Shown piece after piece: positions 12,175-22,788 of a stretch of 64,000 nucleotides of DNA; the first letter of the stretch is position 1, and each line of letters opens with the position of its first letter. The notes under the pieces are model-generated. The model ran no database searches. It was not told the DNA's origin and was given only the letters and a program-made list of their open reading frames with translations. Origin of the DNA: Planctomycetota bacterium. Lineage in GTDB: Bacteria > Planctomycetota > UBA1135 > UBA2386. The stretch is from positions 1,120,001-1,184,000 of the forward strand of contig JBKAGP010000001.1 in the NCBI GenBank assembly GCA_046290465.1, in the 5' to 3' direction. Both the position numbers and the translations under genes were made by a program.

Positions 12175-12192
12175 GCGGCAGAAGGTCCGGGG

Positions 12193-12279
12193 AGGCGTGG
12201 TGCCAGTAAGGCGTGGTGCCGGTAAGGCGTGGTGCCAGTCAGGCGTAGGGCCAGTAGCGGCGTGGTACCAGGAAGGCGT
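12193..12279. repeat. Degenerate 16-bp tandem repeat AGGCGTGGTGCCAGTA, about 5 copies
   Basis: Copies at 12193, 12209, 12225, 12241, about 12258, partial at 12274; intergenic. Confidence 0.85.
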
Positions 12280-12306
12280 ATTGTACGGAGAACGGAAGCG
12301 CGCGCG

Positions 12307-13980
<1,674 letters not shown>

Positions 13981-14069
13981 CGGCGGGCGGGAAGCGGGAG
14001 AGGGGCGCGTCAGTTATGAGGGATCGGAGCCGTCCAGGGAAGGCCCGACCCCGGGAACGCGCCGCCCGC

Positions 14070-14474
14070 CTAGGTCCCCACTGGCACCGGGTGCTTCGCG
14101 TACTTGCGGTCGATGTGGCAGATGTGGGCCGCCAGCCAGTGCACCAGGAAGTCGAAGAAGCGCGGATCGACCTCGCCGTTGCCGGCCTGGAAGATCTGGT
14201 GGTGCGCCGCGACCTTGCGCAGCATGTCCTTGTGGATGCGGCGATGCCTGCTGAGATCCGGGTAGCCGATCTTCTCCATGTGCCGCTCCTCGTCGTCGAA
14301 GTGGCGCTGCGTCAGGTCGGCCAGATGCGTGATCGCGCGATCGATCGCCGCCTTGTCGGCGCCGGCCGTCGCCAACTCGTGCACGTGGTTCATCGCGTCG
14401 ACGAGCTCCCGGTGCTCGCGATCCATGGCCGCGACCCCCAGCGAGAACTGCTCCTTCCACTCCAGCAAACTCAT
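14070..14474 (-). CDS. Bacteriohemerythrin (single domain)
   Basis: WKEQFSLGV, DREH, HFDDEE, HRRIH, WLAAHICHID iron-ligand pattern. Confidence 0.93.
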   Translation of the reverse strand: MSLLEWKEQFSLGVAAMDREHRELVDAMNHVHELATAGADKAAIDRAITHLADLTQRHFDDEERHMEKIGYPDLSRHRRIHKDMLRKVAAHHQIFQAGNGEVDPRFFDFLVHWLAAHICHIDRKYAKHPVPVGT

Positions 14475-14646
14475 GGCGTCTCCGTCGTGCCCGCCCCGGG
14501 CTCCTGCAACTTCGGCGTCGCAAGCCGCGCGCTGGATACGCAACTCGGCCTTCGCAGCGGCCCCCAGGGGATGCTGCCGAGGGCAACCACCCGGTTCTGG
14601 CGGCTATCCCTGTCATACCTGGGAGTTCTCCTTACGCTGGTCGGCG

Positions 14647-15138
14647 ATGACAGCTCCGATTGCCGACGGTCACGTCGTGACCCTTCACTACCGCCTCACG
14701 CTCGACGACGGCACCATCGCCGACGAATCGTTCGGTGGCGAGCCGCTGGTCTACCTGCACGGCCACCGCAACATCGTGCCCGGCCTCGAGTCGCAGCTCG
14801 CCGGCAAGAACGCCGGCGACAAGTGTGACGTTAAGGTCCCGGCCGCCGAGGGCTATGGTGAGTACGACCCGACGCTCGACCAGACGGTGCCGCGCAGCGC
14901 GTTCCCGGAGAACGCCCAGCTCGACGTCGGCATCGCGTTCCAGGCGCAGACGCAGCAGGGCCAGCCGATCACGCTGTGGATCCGCGCGATCAACGGCGAC
15001 GACATCACCGTCTCCCCCAACCACCCGATGGCCGGCCAGAACCTCAACTTCGCCGTCGAGATCCTCGAGGTCCGCGACGCGACCCCGCAGGAGAAGGAGC
15101 ACGGCCACGCCCACGGCCCCGAAGGCCACGACCACTAA
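14647..15138 (+). CDS. slyD: FKBP-type peptidyl-prolyl isomerase SlyD
   Basis: VVTLHYRL, YLHGHRNIVPGLE, NHPMAGQNLNF, His-rich tail HGHAHGPEGHDH. Confidence 0.93.
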   Translation: MTAPIADGHVVTLHYRLTLDDGTIADESFGGEPLVYLHGHRNIVPGLESQLAGKNAGDKCDVKVPAAEGYGEYDPTLDQTVPRSAFPENAQLDVGIAFQAQTQQGQPITLWIRAINGDDITVSPNHPMAGQNLNFAVEILEVRDATPQEKEHGHAHGPEGHDH

Positions 15139-15209
15139 CACCGCATACCGAACCCGGTTCATCCTGCGCCACCAAACACCGCATACCGAACCGGGTTCAT
15201 CCTGCGCCA
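15137..15209. repeat. 35-bp direct repeat x2 (period 38) with palindromic core GAACC(C/G)GGTTC
   Basis: AACACCGCATACCGAACC(C/G)GGTTCATCCTGCGCCA at 15137 and 15175, one mismatch. Confidence 0.9.
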
Positions 15210-15291
15210 TCTGGCCGCCGCGCAGCCCCGCCACGCAGGCCCGCCACGCAGGCCCGCGCCACGCACCCCGCGCGACTCCATCCCCGGCGAC

Positions 15292-15882
15292 TCAACCCCA
15301 CTGGTGGCTTCGCCGATAGCCGTCGCGCGACCGCAGGCGCTCGACGTAGGCTGTGACCTTCGGGCTCGGCGACGCCAGCCAGCCGAACCGCATCGCGAAG
15401 TCCAGCGTGCCGCCGTAGACGACGTCGGCAGCCGTGAACGCGCCGCCAAGGACCCAGTCCCGAGCCGGCGTCATCGCCTCGACCGTGGCCAGGCAGCGAT
15501 CGCGATCCCCCCAGCCGACCGAACGGGGCGAACACTCGAGCCCGTCGAACTGCTCGAACGTGAACATCGGTTCGAGCGTCGTGCCGGGAAAGAACAGGTA
15601 GCGGTAGTAGCGGCCGCGCTCGGCCGAACCGAACGCCGGCGCGAGCCCGCGGTCCGGGAAGCGGTCCGCGAGGTAGGCGCAGATCGCCGCCGTCTCAGTG
15701 ATGACGACGTCGCCGTCGACCAGCGCCGGCACCTTGCCCATCGGGTTGATGGCGCGAAACTCTGGCGTGTCGTTGCCGCCGTTGTGGAAGTCGACCAGCA
15801 CCTGTTCGTGCGGCGCGTCGAGCTCGGTCAGCATCCAGTGGCTCGTGATCGCACGGCTCATCGGATGGAAGAAGTGTTTCAT
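15292..15882 (-). CDS. Glutathione S-transferase family protein
   Basis: INPMGKVPAL, ETAAICAYLAD, FTAADV. Confidence 0.93.
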   Translation of the reverse strand: MKHFFHPMSRAITSHWMLTELDAPHEQVLVDFHNGGNDTPEFRAINPMGKVPALVDGDVVITETAAICAYLADRFPDRGLAPAFGSAERGRYYRYLFFPGTTLEPMFTFEQFDGLECSPRSVGWGDRDRCLATVEAMTPARDWVLGGAFTAADVVYGGTLDFAMRFGWLASPSPKVTAYVERLRSRDGYRRSHQWG

Positions 15883-15922
15883 GCGGTCCTCCTCGGGGGT
15901 TCGGCGAACGTTCTACCCCCCG

Positions 15923-15948
15923 CCTGCTGACAGCGTGCTGTCAGCAGG
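15923..15948. promoter_or_regulatory. Perfect 12-bp inverted repeat CCTGCTGACAGC-GT-GCTGTCAGCAGG, candidate regulator site for the GST gene
   Basis: About 40 bp upstream of the GST ATG and upstream of a TAGAAC -10-like hexamer; no U-tract. Confidence 0.65.
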
Positions 15949-15969
15949 ATCCCCGAACCGCCGCGACCG

Positions 15970-17286
15970 CTACTCCTTGCCCGGCAGCTTGCCGGCGAAC
16001 TTTGCCGGGTCCTTCTCGAACTTCGCCTTGCACTTGCCGCAGCAGAACGCCACCCGCTTGCCCTCGTGCACCACGAAGAACTTCGCGTCGACCGCGGCCC
16101 CGCTGACCGGGCACTTGTCGTTGATCGGCGCATCGGCCTTGGCCTGCTCCTTCGCCAAGCCCGGCAGCTTGCCGGCGAACTTCGCCGGGTCCTTCTCGAA
16201 CTTCGCCTTGCACTTGCCGCAGCAGAACGCCACCCGCTTGCCCTCGTGCAGCACGAAGAACTTCGGGTCGATGTCGGTGCCGCTGACCGGACACTTGTCG
16301 TTGATCGGCTGGTTGCGCCGCTCGCGCTCGGCGATCTCCTGCTTCGCCGCAGCCAGCCGCGCCTCGACGTAGTCGCCGAGGTCGACCTGCACGCTGGCGA
16401 GCGCCTCGCCGTGCTTGGCCAGACCGTCCTTGGTGACCTTGCTCTGCCACAGGTAGAGCTGCTTCAGCTTCGGCATCGCCGCGATCGCGCCGAGGCCGAC
16501 GTCGCCGACCCGCGTGGCGTAGGCGTTGAGGTATTCGAGATGCTCGAAGCCCTTCAGCGCCGCGATGCCCTGGTCACCGATGCCGGTGCCCGACACGTTC
16601 AGGCGACGCAGTTGGTCGAGCTTCGCCAGGTGCGTCCCCGCGCCGTCCCCGATCGCCGTGCGGCCGACGTTGAGCCAGACCAGCACCGGCGCGAGCACTT
16701 CCAGCTGGGCCAGGGTCTGGTCGGTGACCTTGTCGCGCAGCAGCGACAGGTTGGCCTCGACCGCTTCGGTGTCGGCGGCGATGCGCTGCACCACGACGCC
16801 CTGTTCGCGCAGCTTGACGATCGCCACCCCGATCGCCTCGCGCTGCTCGTCGGAGATCTCCGGCAGCTCGAACGTGATCTTCGGCAACACCTGCGCGGCC
16901 AGCTCCGCCGCGATGAACTCGTCGCCGGCCTTCGGCCACTCCGCGCCCTCGGCGACCCAGCGCCGGAACAGCGCCTGCTGCTCCTTGCTGAGCGGCTCGC
17001 CCTTGGCGGGCATGATCTCGTCGTCGTCGAGCCCGAGACCGAGCCGGCGCACCAGCTCGCTGTCGTCCGGATCCTTCGGGAACACCGTCCAGAAGTCCTC
17101 GTCGCCCTCGGCGAACACGAACTCCCTGGCGTCGAGCCGGAGGTCGCCCTCCTGCTCCTTCGGGCCGTGGCACTCGATGCAGCGCTGCACCAGGATCGGC
17201 GCGATCTGCTTGGTGAAGTCGACCTTGTCCTGGGCGAACAGTGGCAGCGGCATGGCCACCAGCAGCAACGAGGCGAGGAATCGCAT
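15970..17286 (-). CDS. Secreted planctomycete-type cytochrome c domain + leucine-rich repeats + two YHS-like domains
   Basis: Signal peptide, VDFTKQIAPILVQRCIECHG (CxxCH), LRR units (LNVGRTAIGD, LNVSGTGIGD), two CPVSG...FCCGKCKAKF repeats. Confidence 0.85.
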   Translation of the reverse strand: MRFLASLLLVAMPLPLFAQDKVDFTKQIAPILVQRCIECHGPKEQEGDLRLDAREFVFAEGDEDFWTVFPKDPDDSELVRRLGLGLDDDEIMPAKGEPLSKEQQALFRRWVAEGAEWPKAGDEFIAAELAAQVLPKITFELPEISDEQREAIGVAIVKLREQGVVVQRIAADTEAVEANLSLLRDKVTDQTLAQLEVLAPVLVWLNVGRTAIGDGAGTHLAKLDQLRRLNVSGTGIGDQGIAALKGFEHLEYLNAYATRVGDVGLGAIAAMPKLKQLYLWQSKVTKDGLAKHGEALASVQVDLGDYVEARLAAAKQEIAERERRNQPINDKCPVSGTDIDPKFFVLHEGKRVAFCCGKCKAKFEKDPAKFAGKLPGLAKEQAKADAPINDKCPVSGAAVDAKFFVVHEGKRVAFCCGKCKAKFEKDPAKFAGKLPGKE

Positions 17287-17349
17287 GGCGGAATCATCGC
17301 GTCTGCCGGCCCGGGCGCAACCCACCGGACCGGATCCGCCCCTTGCGGC

Positions 17350-18594
17350 TCAGCGGCGACGGCCGCGCACGTCGTGGCCCGCCGCCGCCAGCGTGTCCTC
17401 GAGATGGTTGAGCACCGAGCGGACCCAGTCGCGCTTGTCGGCGTACGAGCCGGCGAAGAACGACCGCTTGAAGCCGTAGATCAGCACGTCCTTGAGGGCT
17501 CGCGGCTCGAGCTTGAACGCCTCGACCGCCTTGCAGACCTCGTCGGTCATCGTGGTGCGCGACACCAGCCGGTTGTCGGTGCACAGCGTCACGCTGCAAC
17601 GCGCGGCACGCATCTTCTTGAACGGGTGCCGCGACAGGTTGTCGCGCAGTTCCGGGATCGTCTGCTGGTTGCTGGTCAGGCAGACCTCGAGCGTGATCCG
17701 GCGGTCGGCCACGTAGCGGACCAGCTCGTCGATGAAGCGCCGCTTGTCGGCGATCGTGCGGTCGCGGATGTGCCGCTGGCTGAACAGCCAGGTGCCGTGG
17801 CCGATGCGGTCGGCGTGGCAGTCGGTGATCGCCTGGAAGATCGACTCCGGCCCGTAGTCCTCGCCGGCGTGCACGGTCTTGCCGAGGAAGTGCTCGTGCG
17901 CCAGCTGGTAGGCCGCCTGGTGGTCCTTGGCGGGGAAGCCGCGCTCCTGGCCGGCGAGGTCGAAGCCCACCACCGGCAGCCCCTCCTCCTCGCGCACCGC
18001 GACCGCGGCGCGGGCCAGCTCCAGCGACGCCAGCGCGTAGATCTCGCTGGCGGGAGCGGTCGGCAGCGCCTCGAAGTAGGCGCGGTAGTGCTCGCTGAAC
18101 ACCGGCAGGAAGAAGCGCAGCGCACAGACGATCACCCCGACCTCGAAGCGCGGCAGCTCGCCGCGCCGCACCGCCGGGTCCTTGTTGATCTGCTTCTTGG
18201 CGCGCTCGACGCCGCGGCAGACGGCACGCAGCACGTCCTTGACCTGGAAGTCCCCGCGCACGTGCAGCTGCGGCGCAAACCGGATCTCGGCGTAGAAGAC
18301 GTTCTCCTCGCGGCAGTCGATGCACAGCTCGTAGGCGGCGCGCTCGAGCGACTCGGCGTCCTGCAGGCACGCGACGGTGAACTCGAATCCCTTCAGGTAT
18401 TCGGGCAGGTTGCGGTAGGCGCGCTTGAACACCAGCTCGAGCAGGCCGTCGCGCGTGCGCGAAGGCAACTTGACCTTGTGCTGCTTCGCGAGCTCGAGCA
18501 GCGTGTCGAGGCGCAGGCTGCCGTCGAGGTGCAGGTGCAGATCCGACTTGGGCAGCGCGGCGATCAGCTCCTTCTCAATCTGCGGCTTCGGCAT
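17350..18594 (-). CDS. add: Adenosine/AMP deaminase family protein
   Basis: LPKSDLHLHLDGS, YAEIRFAP, GFDLAGQE, TVHAGE, RIGHG, CLTSN, CTDN. Confidence 0.93.
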   Translation of the reverse strand: MPKPQIEKELIAALPKSDLHLHLDGSLRLDTLLELAKQHKVKLPSRTRDGLLELVFKRAYRNLPEYLKGFEFTVACLQDAESLERAAYELCIDCREENVFYAEIRFAPQLHVRGDFQVKDVLRAVCRGVERAKKQINKDPAVRRGELPRFEVGVIVCALRFFLPVFSEHYRAYFEALPTAPASEIYALASLELARAAVAVREEEGLPVVGFDLAGQERGFPAKDHQAAYQLAHEHFLGKTVHAGEDYGPESIFQAITDCHADRIGHGTWLFSQRHIRDRTIADKRRFIDELVRYVADRRITLEVCLTSNQQTIPELRDNLSRHPFKKMRAARCSVTLCTDNRLVSRTTMTDEVCKAVEAFKLEPRALKDVLIYGFKRSFFAGSYADKRDWVRSVLNHLEDTLAAAGHDVRGRRR

Positions 18595-18657
18595 GCGGCG
18601 ATCATGCGCCGCGACACAGACTGCGACAAGGGAACGCCGCGGCGCTACGCTCGCCGC

Positions 18658-20022
18658 GTGCCCGGCTGGCAACTCTTCACCGACGACCCCGACGAACGCC
18701 AGACGTTCGCCGACCTGCAGACGACGCTGGCGCACCGGTCCGAACCGGCTGGCCCGCCCAACCGCCTGCGCCACGTCGTGCGCATCGACGCGCTCGGCCG
18801 CCGCTACTTCCTGAAGTGCTTCCAGCGCACGCAGTGGAAGAACCGGCTGCACTTCGCGACGACGACGCCGCGCGCCGCCGACGACGCCGACCGGGAGCGG
18901 CGGGTCACGCAAGCGCTGCGCACGGCCGGCCACGGCGCGCCGCGGCCGATCGCCTACGGTCGCGACGGCGCCGCCGCCTACTACCTGTGCTCCGAACTCG
19001 ACGGCTCGTCGCTGGCCGAACGCATCGCCGCCGGCACCGTCGACGACGGGCTGCGAGACCGCATTGCGCGCCACTGCGGCCGCCTGCTGGCGGAGGGCTT
19101 CCGGCTGCCGGACCTGAGCGCGGACCACGTGTTCGCGACCGACGACGGCGCCCTGTCGGTGCTCGATCTGCACAACGCTGGCACGGCTCGCGGTGGCACT
19201 GCTCGCGGCGGGACGGCTCGCAGCGCCAGCGGCCCACCGCCGCGCAAGCTGCTGACCAGGGTGCTGCGGCGCTTCGCGCGATCGGTGCGCGAGCTGCCGG
19301 TGGCCCGCGCCGCGGCGATGCGGTTCGCCACCCGGCTGCTGCGCGCGAGCGGGGTGACGCTCGCGACCCGTCGTGCGCTGCTGACCGCGGCGCAGCCGTT
19401 CGGCACCGCCGCCCGCTACGAACGCGGCGAGCGCAGCCGCCACTACGCCGAGCGCAACCCGAGGCGCACCGCCCAGGAGCGCGCCCTGCTCGAGCGCGTC
19501 TGGCCGGGCCGCCCGGGCGAACGCGTGCTCGACCTGCCGTGCGGCGCCGGCCGCCTGCTGCCGTTCCTGCGCGAGCGTGGCCACATGGTCGCCCAGGCCG
19601 ACGGCGCGATGGCGATGCTGCGGCAGGCGGACGAACGCGAGCAACGCGGCGAACTGCTGGTGCAGGCCGACGCGCTGCAGATGCCGTTCGGCGACGGCGC
19701 CGTCGACGGCGTGGTGATGTTCCGCTTCCTGCACCATCTGCCGCCCGAAGCCGCGCGCGCGGCGATCGCCGAGGCCTGCCGGGTCGCCGGACGCTTCGTC
19801 GTGCTCAGCTTCTTCCACCCGATCAGCGTGCACCACCTGCAGCGGCGCGCGCGGCAGGTGCTCGGCACGCCGGCGACCCGCTTCGCGATGCCGCTGTCGG
19901 CCGTGCGCCGCGCCGCCGAACGGCACGGCTTCCGCCTGCACGCGTCGACCGCGCAGCTGCCGTTCGCGCGCGACCTCTGGCTCGCCGCGTTCGTGCGCGG
20001 TGCTGGCGCGACGTCGACCTGA
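18658..20022 (+). CDS. Kdo/WaaP-like kinase domain fused to class I SAM methyltransferase
   Basis: RYFLK, RERRV, APRPIAYG, PDLSADHV, VLDL; then VLDLPCGAGRL, ADALQMPFGDGAVD, FRFLHHL. Confidence 0.75.
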   Translation: MPGWQLFTDDPDERQTFADLQTTLAHRSEPAGPPNRLRHVVRIDALGRRYFLKCFQRTQWKNRLHFATTTPRAADDADRERRVTQALRTAGHGAPRPIAYGRDGAAAYYLCSELDGSSLAERIAAGTVDDGLRDRIARHCGRLLAEGFRLPDLSADHVFATDDGALSVLDLHNAGTARGGTARGGTARSASGPPPRKLLTRVLRRFARSVRELPVARAAAMRFATRLLRASGVTLATRRALLTAAQPFGTAARYERGERSRHYAERNPRRTAQERALLERVWPGRPGERVLDLPCGAGRLLPFLRERGHMVAQADGAMAMLRQADEREQRGELLVQADALQMPFGDGAVDGVVMFRFLHHLPPEAARAAIAEACRVAGRFVVLSFFHPISVHHLQRRARQVLGTPATRFAMPLSAVRRAAERHGFRLHASTAQLPFARDLWLAAFVRGAGATST

Positions 20023-20034
20023 CGGATACCAACG

Positions 20035-21132
20035 ATGGCCGTGCCCGTTCCCCATGTCGCGATCGCCGTGCTGTGCGGCACCACCGGCGGCCCCGCCACC
20101 TACGGCCTGCGGCTGGTTGCGGCGCTGCGCGAACTCGGCGAGGTGCGGCTGTCGGTGCTGACCGACCGGCCGGCACCGTTCGACCTGCCGGGGGTCGACG
20201 CGATCGACCTGCCGATGAAGGGCGGCCTCGACCGCCTGCGCTGGCAGCACCTTGCGGTGCCGCGCGCGCTGCGCAAGCTCGCACCCGACGTCTACCACGA
20301 CACCAAGAACGCGCTGCCGCGCCGGCTGCCGTGTCCGGCCGTGGTCACGGTGCACGACCTCGCCTACCACACCGTGCCCGAGAGCTTCGGCTTCGCCTCG
20401 CGCTGGTTCCTCAAGGCGGCGACACGCGACGCCGTGCGCCGTGCCCGGGTCGTCGTGGTGCCGTCGCGGGCGACCGCCGCCGACCTGCAGCGGATCCACC
20501 CCGACCGCGGCGACCGGGTGCACGTCGTCCCGCACGGCATCGACCCGGCGCTCGCGGTCGCGCCCGAGCAGCTCGCCGACGCGCGCCGCCGCCTGTCGCT
20601 ACCCGACCCCTACGTGCTGCACGTCGGCACCATCCAGGCCCGCAAGAACGTCGACCTGGTCGTGCGCGGCGTGCGCGAACTGCGCCGCCGCGGCCTGCCG
20701 CATCGCGCGCTGGTCGTCGGCCGCCGCGGCTGGCTCGCCGAACGCGCGTTCGCCGAGATCGAACGCGACGACGCGGCCCGCTGGATCGAGCACGTCTCGC
20801 AGCAGGACCTGCACGCGTGCTACGCGGGCGCCGCCGCGTTCGCGTCGCCGTCGGCCTATGAGGGCTTCGGCTTCGCCGTCGCCGACGCGCTGGCGCACGG
20901 CGTGCCGACCTGCATCGCGGACATCAGCTCGTTGCCGGAGCTGTGCGGCGACGCGGCCGTGCGGCTGCCTGAGCTGTCCGGGGTCGCGATCGCCGACGCG
21001 CTCGAGCCGGTGCTGCGCTCGCACGAGCGCGGCCAGCAGCTGGCGATGGCCGGCCGGCGGCGCGCCGCCGAGTTCTCGTGGCAGGCCGCTGCCGAGGGCC
21101 ACCTGCGCGCCTACCGCGCCGCGCTCGCCTAG
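20035..21132 (+). CDS. Glycosyltransferase family 4
   Basis: VVTVHDL, VGTIQARKN, PSAYEGFGF, SSLPEL, FSW. Confidence 0.92.
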   Translation: MAVPVPHVAIAVLCGTTGGPATYGLRLVAALRELGEVRLSVLTDRPAPFDLPGVDAIDLPMKGGLDRLRWQHLAVPRALRKLAPDVYHDTKNALPRRLPCPAVVTVHDLAYHTVPESFGFASRWFLKAATRDAVRRARVVVVPSRATAADLQRIHPDRGDRVHVVPHGIDPALAVAPEQLADARRRLSLPDPYVLHVGTIQARKNVDLVVRGVRELRRRGLPHRALVVGRRGWLAERAFAEIERDDAARWIEHVSQQDLHACYAGAAAFASPSAYEGFGFAVADALAHGVPTCIADISSLPELCGDAAVRLPELSGVAIADALEPVLRSHERGQQLAMAGRRRAAEFSWQAAAEGHLRAYRAALA

Positions 21133-21215
21133 CAGGCAAAGCCCCAGCCGCACGCGTAGACGCCGCTTCCGCGATCACGATTGGCAGCGCGTCCACTACC
21201 TGGACGCGCTCCTAG
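21129..21215. mobile_element. 87-bp dispersed hairpin element (MITE/REP-like), copy 1
   Basis: About 90% identical to the reverse complement of 30280-30365; CTAG at both ends; stem AGCGCGTCCA-N5-TGGACGCGCT; mobility is inferred. Confidence 0.7.
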
Positions 21216-21231
21216 CCGGTCCGCCGCCCGG

Positions 21232-22632
21232 CTACTTCTTCGGCTTGCGCAGGATGTCGAGCAGTTCGCGGTCGAGGTCGCCGTCGCTGGCCTTGCCGTC
21301 GTCGGCAGCCGCCCCACCGTCGCCGAGCACCTTGTCGAGCGCCGACAGCGTGCTGCCGCCGGCCTGCTCCTCCTCACCGCCGAACACGCGATCGATCGCG
21401 CTCTGCCGCTGGCCCTCGTCGTCGTTGGCGTCGAGCGCCGCGAACGCCTCCTGCATCGACTCCTGCACGCTGTCGTCGCCGCCGCCGAAGTCGAGTCCCT
21501 GCAGCGCGTCGATGTCGCCGCTCGACGACAGGATGCCTTCCTTGCTGAGCCGGATCAGCATCGCGTAGACCTCGTGCAGCGGCAGGCCGAGCGTCGTCAC
21601 CAGAGACCGCGGCGTGGTGTCGCCGTTGATCTGTGACAGCAGTTTGATCTCCAGCACGCCGAGCGCGAGGTCGCCCATCCGCGCGAACATGTCGGCCTTC
21701 GGCTCGAGCGGCGCATCCGGGTCGGGGAAGATCGTCAGCATCTGCTTCCAGTCGTCGACCAGCTTGCTGCCCTCGAGCAGCAGCGAGGTGACGCCCAGAC
21801 GCAGGTCGTGTTCGGTCGCGAACTCAGGCAGCTCGTCGAGCTTCTTGTAGTAGAAGGCGTACGGCTCCGACTCGCGCATGAAGTCGAACAGCACCTCCTT
21901 GCCGAACATGCGCAGCACCTCGCGCAGTTCGTCGACCCCGAACACGCCCTTGTCGACCAGCGTCAGGATGCACGGCACGCCCTCCTTGGCGCGACGGCTC
22001 TCCGCCTCGGTGATCGCCGTGTCGGGGATCTCGCGGTGCTTCATCGCGTCGCCGCCCGGCAGCACCCGTCGGATCAGGTGGTGCGGGTCAAGGAAGAAGA
22101 TGCGCCCATCGGCGATGTAGATGTCGAGCCGGTTGTCGCCCTTCTCCAGGCTGAGGCAGCCCAGGTGCTTGCCGGCGGCGAGCATCTGCATCACCTCCTC
22201 GACGGAGATGAAGTCGGTGCGACCGGCGAAGTTGAAGTCCTTGCCGCCGGAGTTCGAACGGATCAGCGACTGGTCGAACGCCTTGGCGAACTCCGACAGC
22301 GTCGTCACCGAGAACAGCAGCCCCATCACCCACTCGGCGGCGCGCAGCGCCGTCACGTCGTCCTCGCTGCGCAAGAACAGGTGCATGCCGCGGCGCATGC
22401 GCGTGAACAGCATCTCGCCGAGGAAATCGCGCGTGTCGGTCTTGGTGCCCTCCATGCGCAGCTTGCGCTCGACCAGTTCCTGCACCCGCGCCAGCAGGTG
22501 CACGAACTCCGACTCGTACTGCTCGTCGTCCTTCTCGACCAGCGCCGTTACGAACGCGCCGATCTTCGCCTGCAAGTCGGCGGAGAGCTCGGCCGACGCG
22601 TTCGCTTCGGTTGGGTTCTGGGAGTCTGGCAC
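21232..22632 (-). CDS. DUF4388/PATAN-like domain protein with acidic tail
   Basis: FAGRTDFISVEEVMQMLAAGKHLGCLSL...IYIADGRI, LLLEGSKLVDDW; GTG start uncertain. Confidence 0.7.
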   Translation of the reverse strand: MPDSQNPTEANASAELSADLQAKIGAFVTALVEKDDEQYESEFVHLLARVQELVERKLRMEGTKTDTRDFLGEMLFTRMRRGMHLFLRSEDDVTALRAAEWVMGLLFSVTTLSEFAKAFDQSLIRSNSGGKDFNFAGRTDFISVEEVMQMLAAGKHLGCLSLEKGDNRLDIYIADGRIFFLDPHHLIRRVLPGGDAMKHREIPDTAITEAESRRAKEGVPCILTLVDKGVFGVDELREVLRMFGKEVLFDFMRESEPYAFYYKKLDELPEFATEHDLRLGVTSLLLEGSKLVDDWKQMLTIFPDPDAPLEPKADMFARMGDLALGVLEIKLLSQINGDTTPRSLVTTLGLPLHEVYAMLIRLSKEGILSSSGDIDALQGLDFGGGDDSVQESMQEAFAALDANDDEGQRQSAIDRVFGGEEEQAGGSTLSALDKVLGDGGAAADDGKASDGDLDRELLDILRKPKK

Positions 22633-22788
22633 GGCACTCTCATCTCGTCGTTTCGCGGCGGGTTTCTTGACGCCCTTTGGCCCCTTAGGGGTTTCCCCGA
22701 CCCGATCGCCCCCTGGCGGCGCGGCCGCTCCCGACCTACAACTCCCATCGGACTGGAGCGTCGCCGCCCCCTCGGACGATGATCGGTC

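Noticed and set aside
16066..20535. Very long ORFs 16066-20022 (+) and 17350-20535 (-) as single giant proteins
   Set aside because: Their N-terminal parts are antisense shadows of real genes; only 18658-20022 and 17350-18594 carry recognisable motifs
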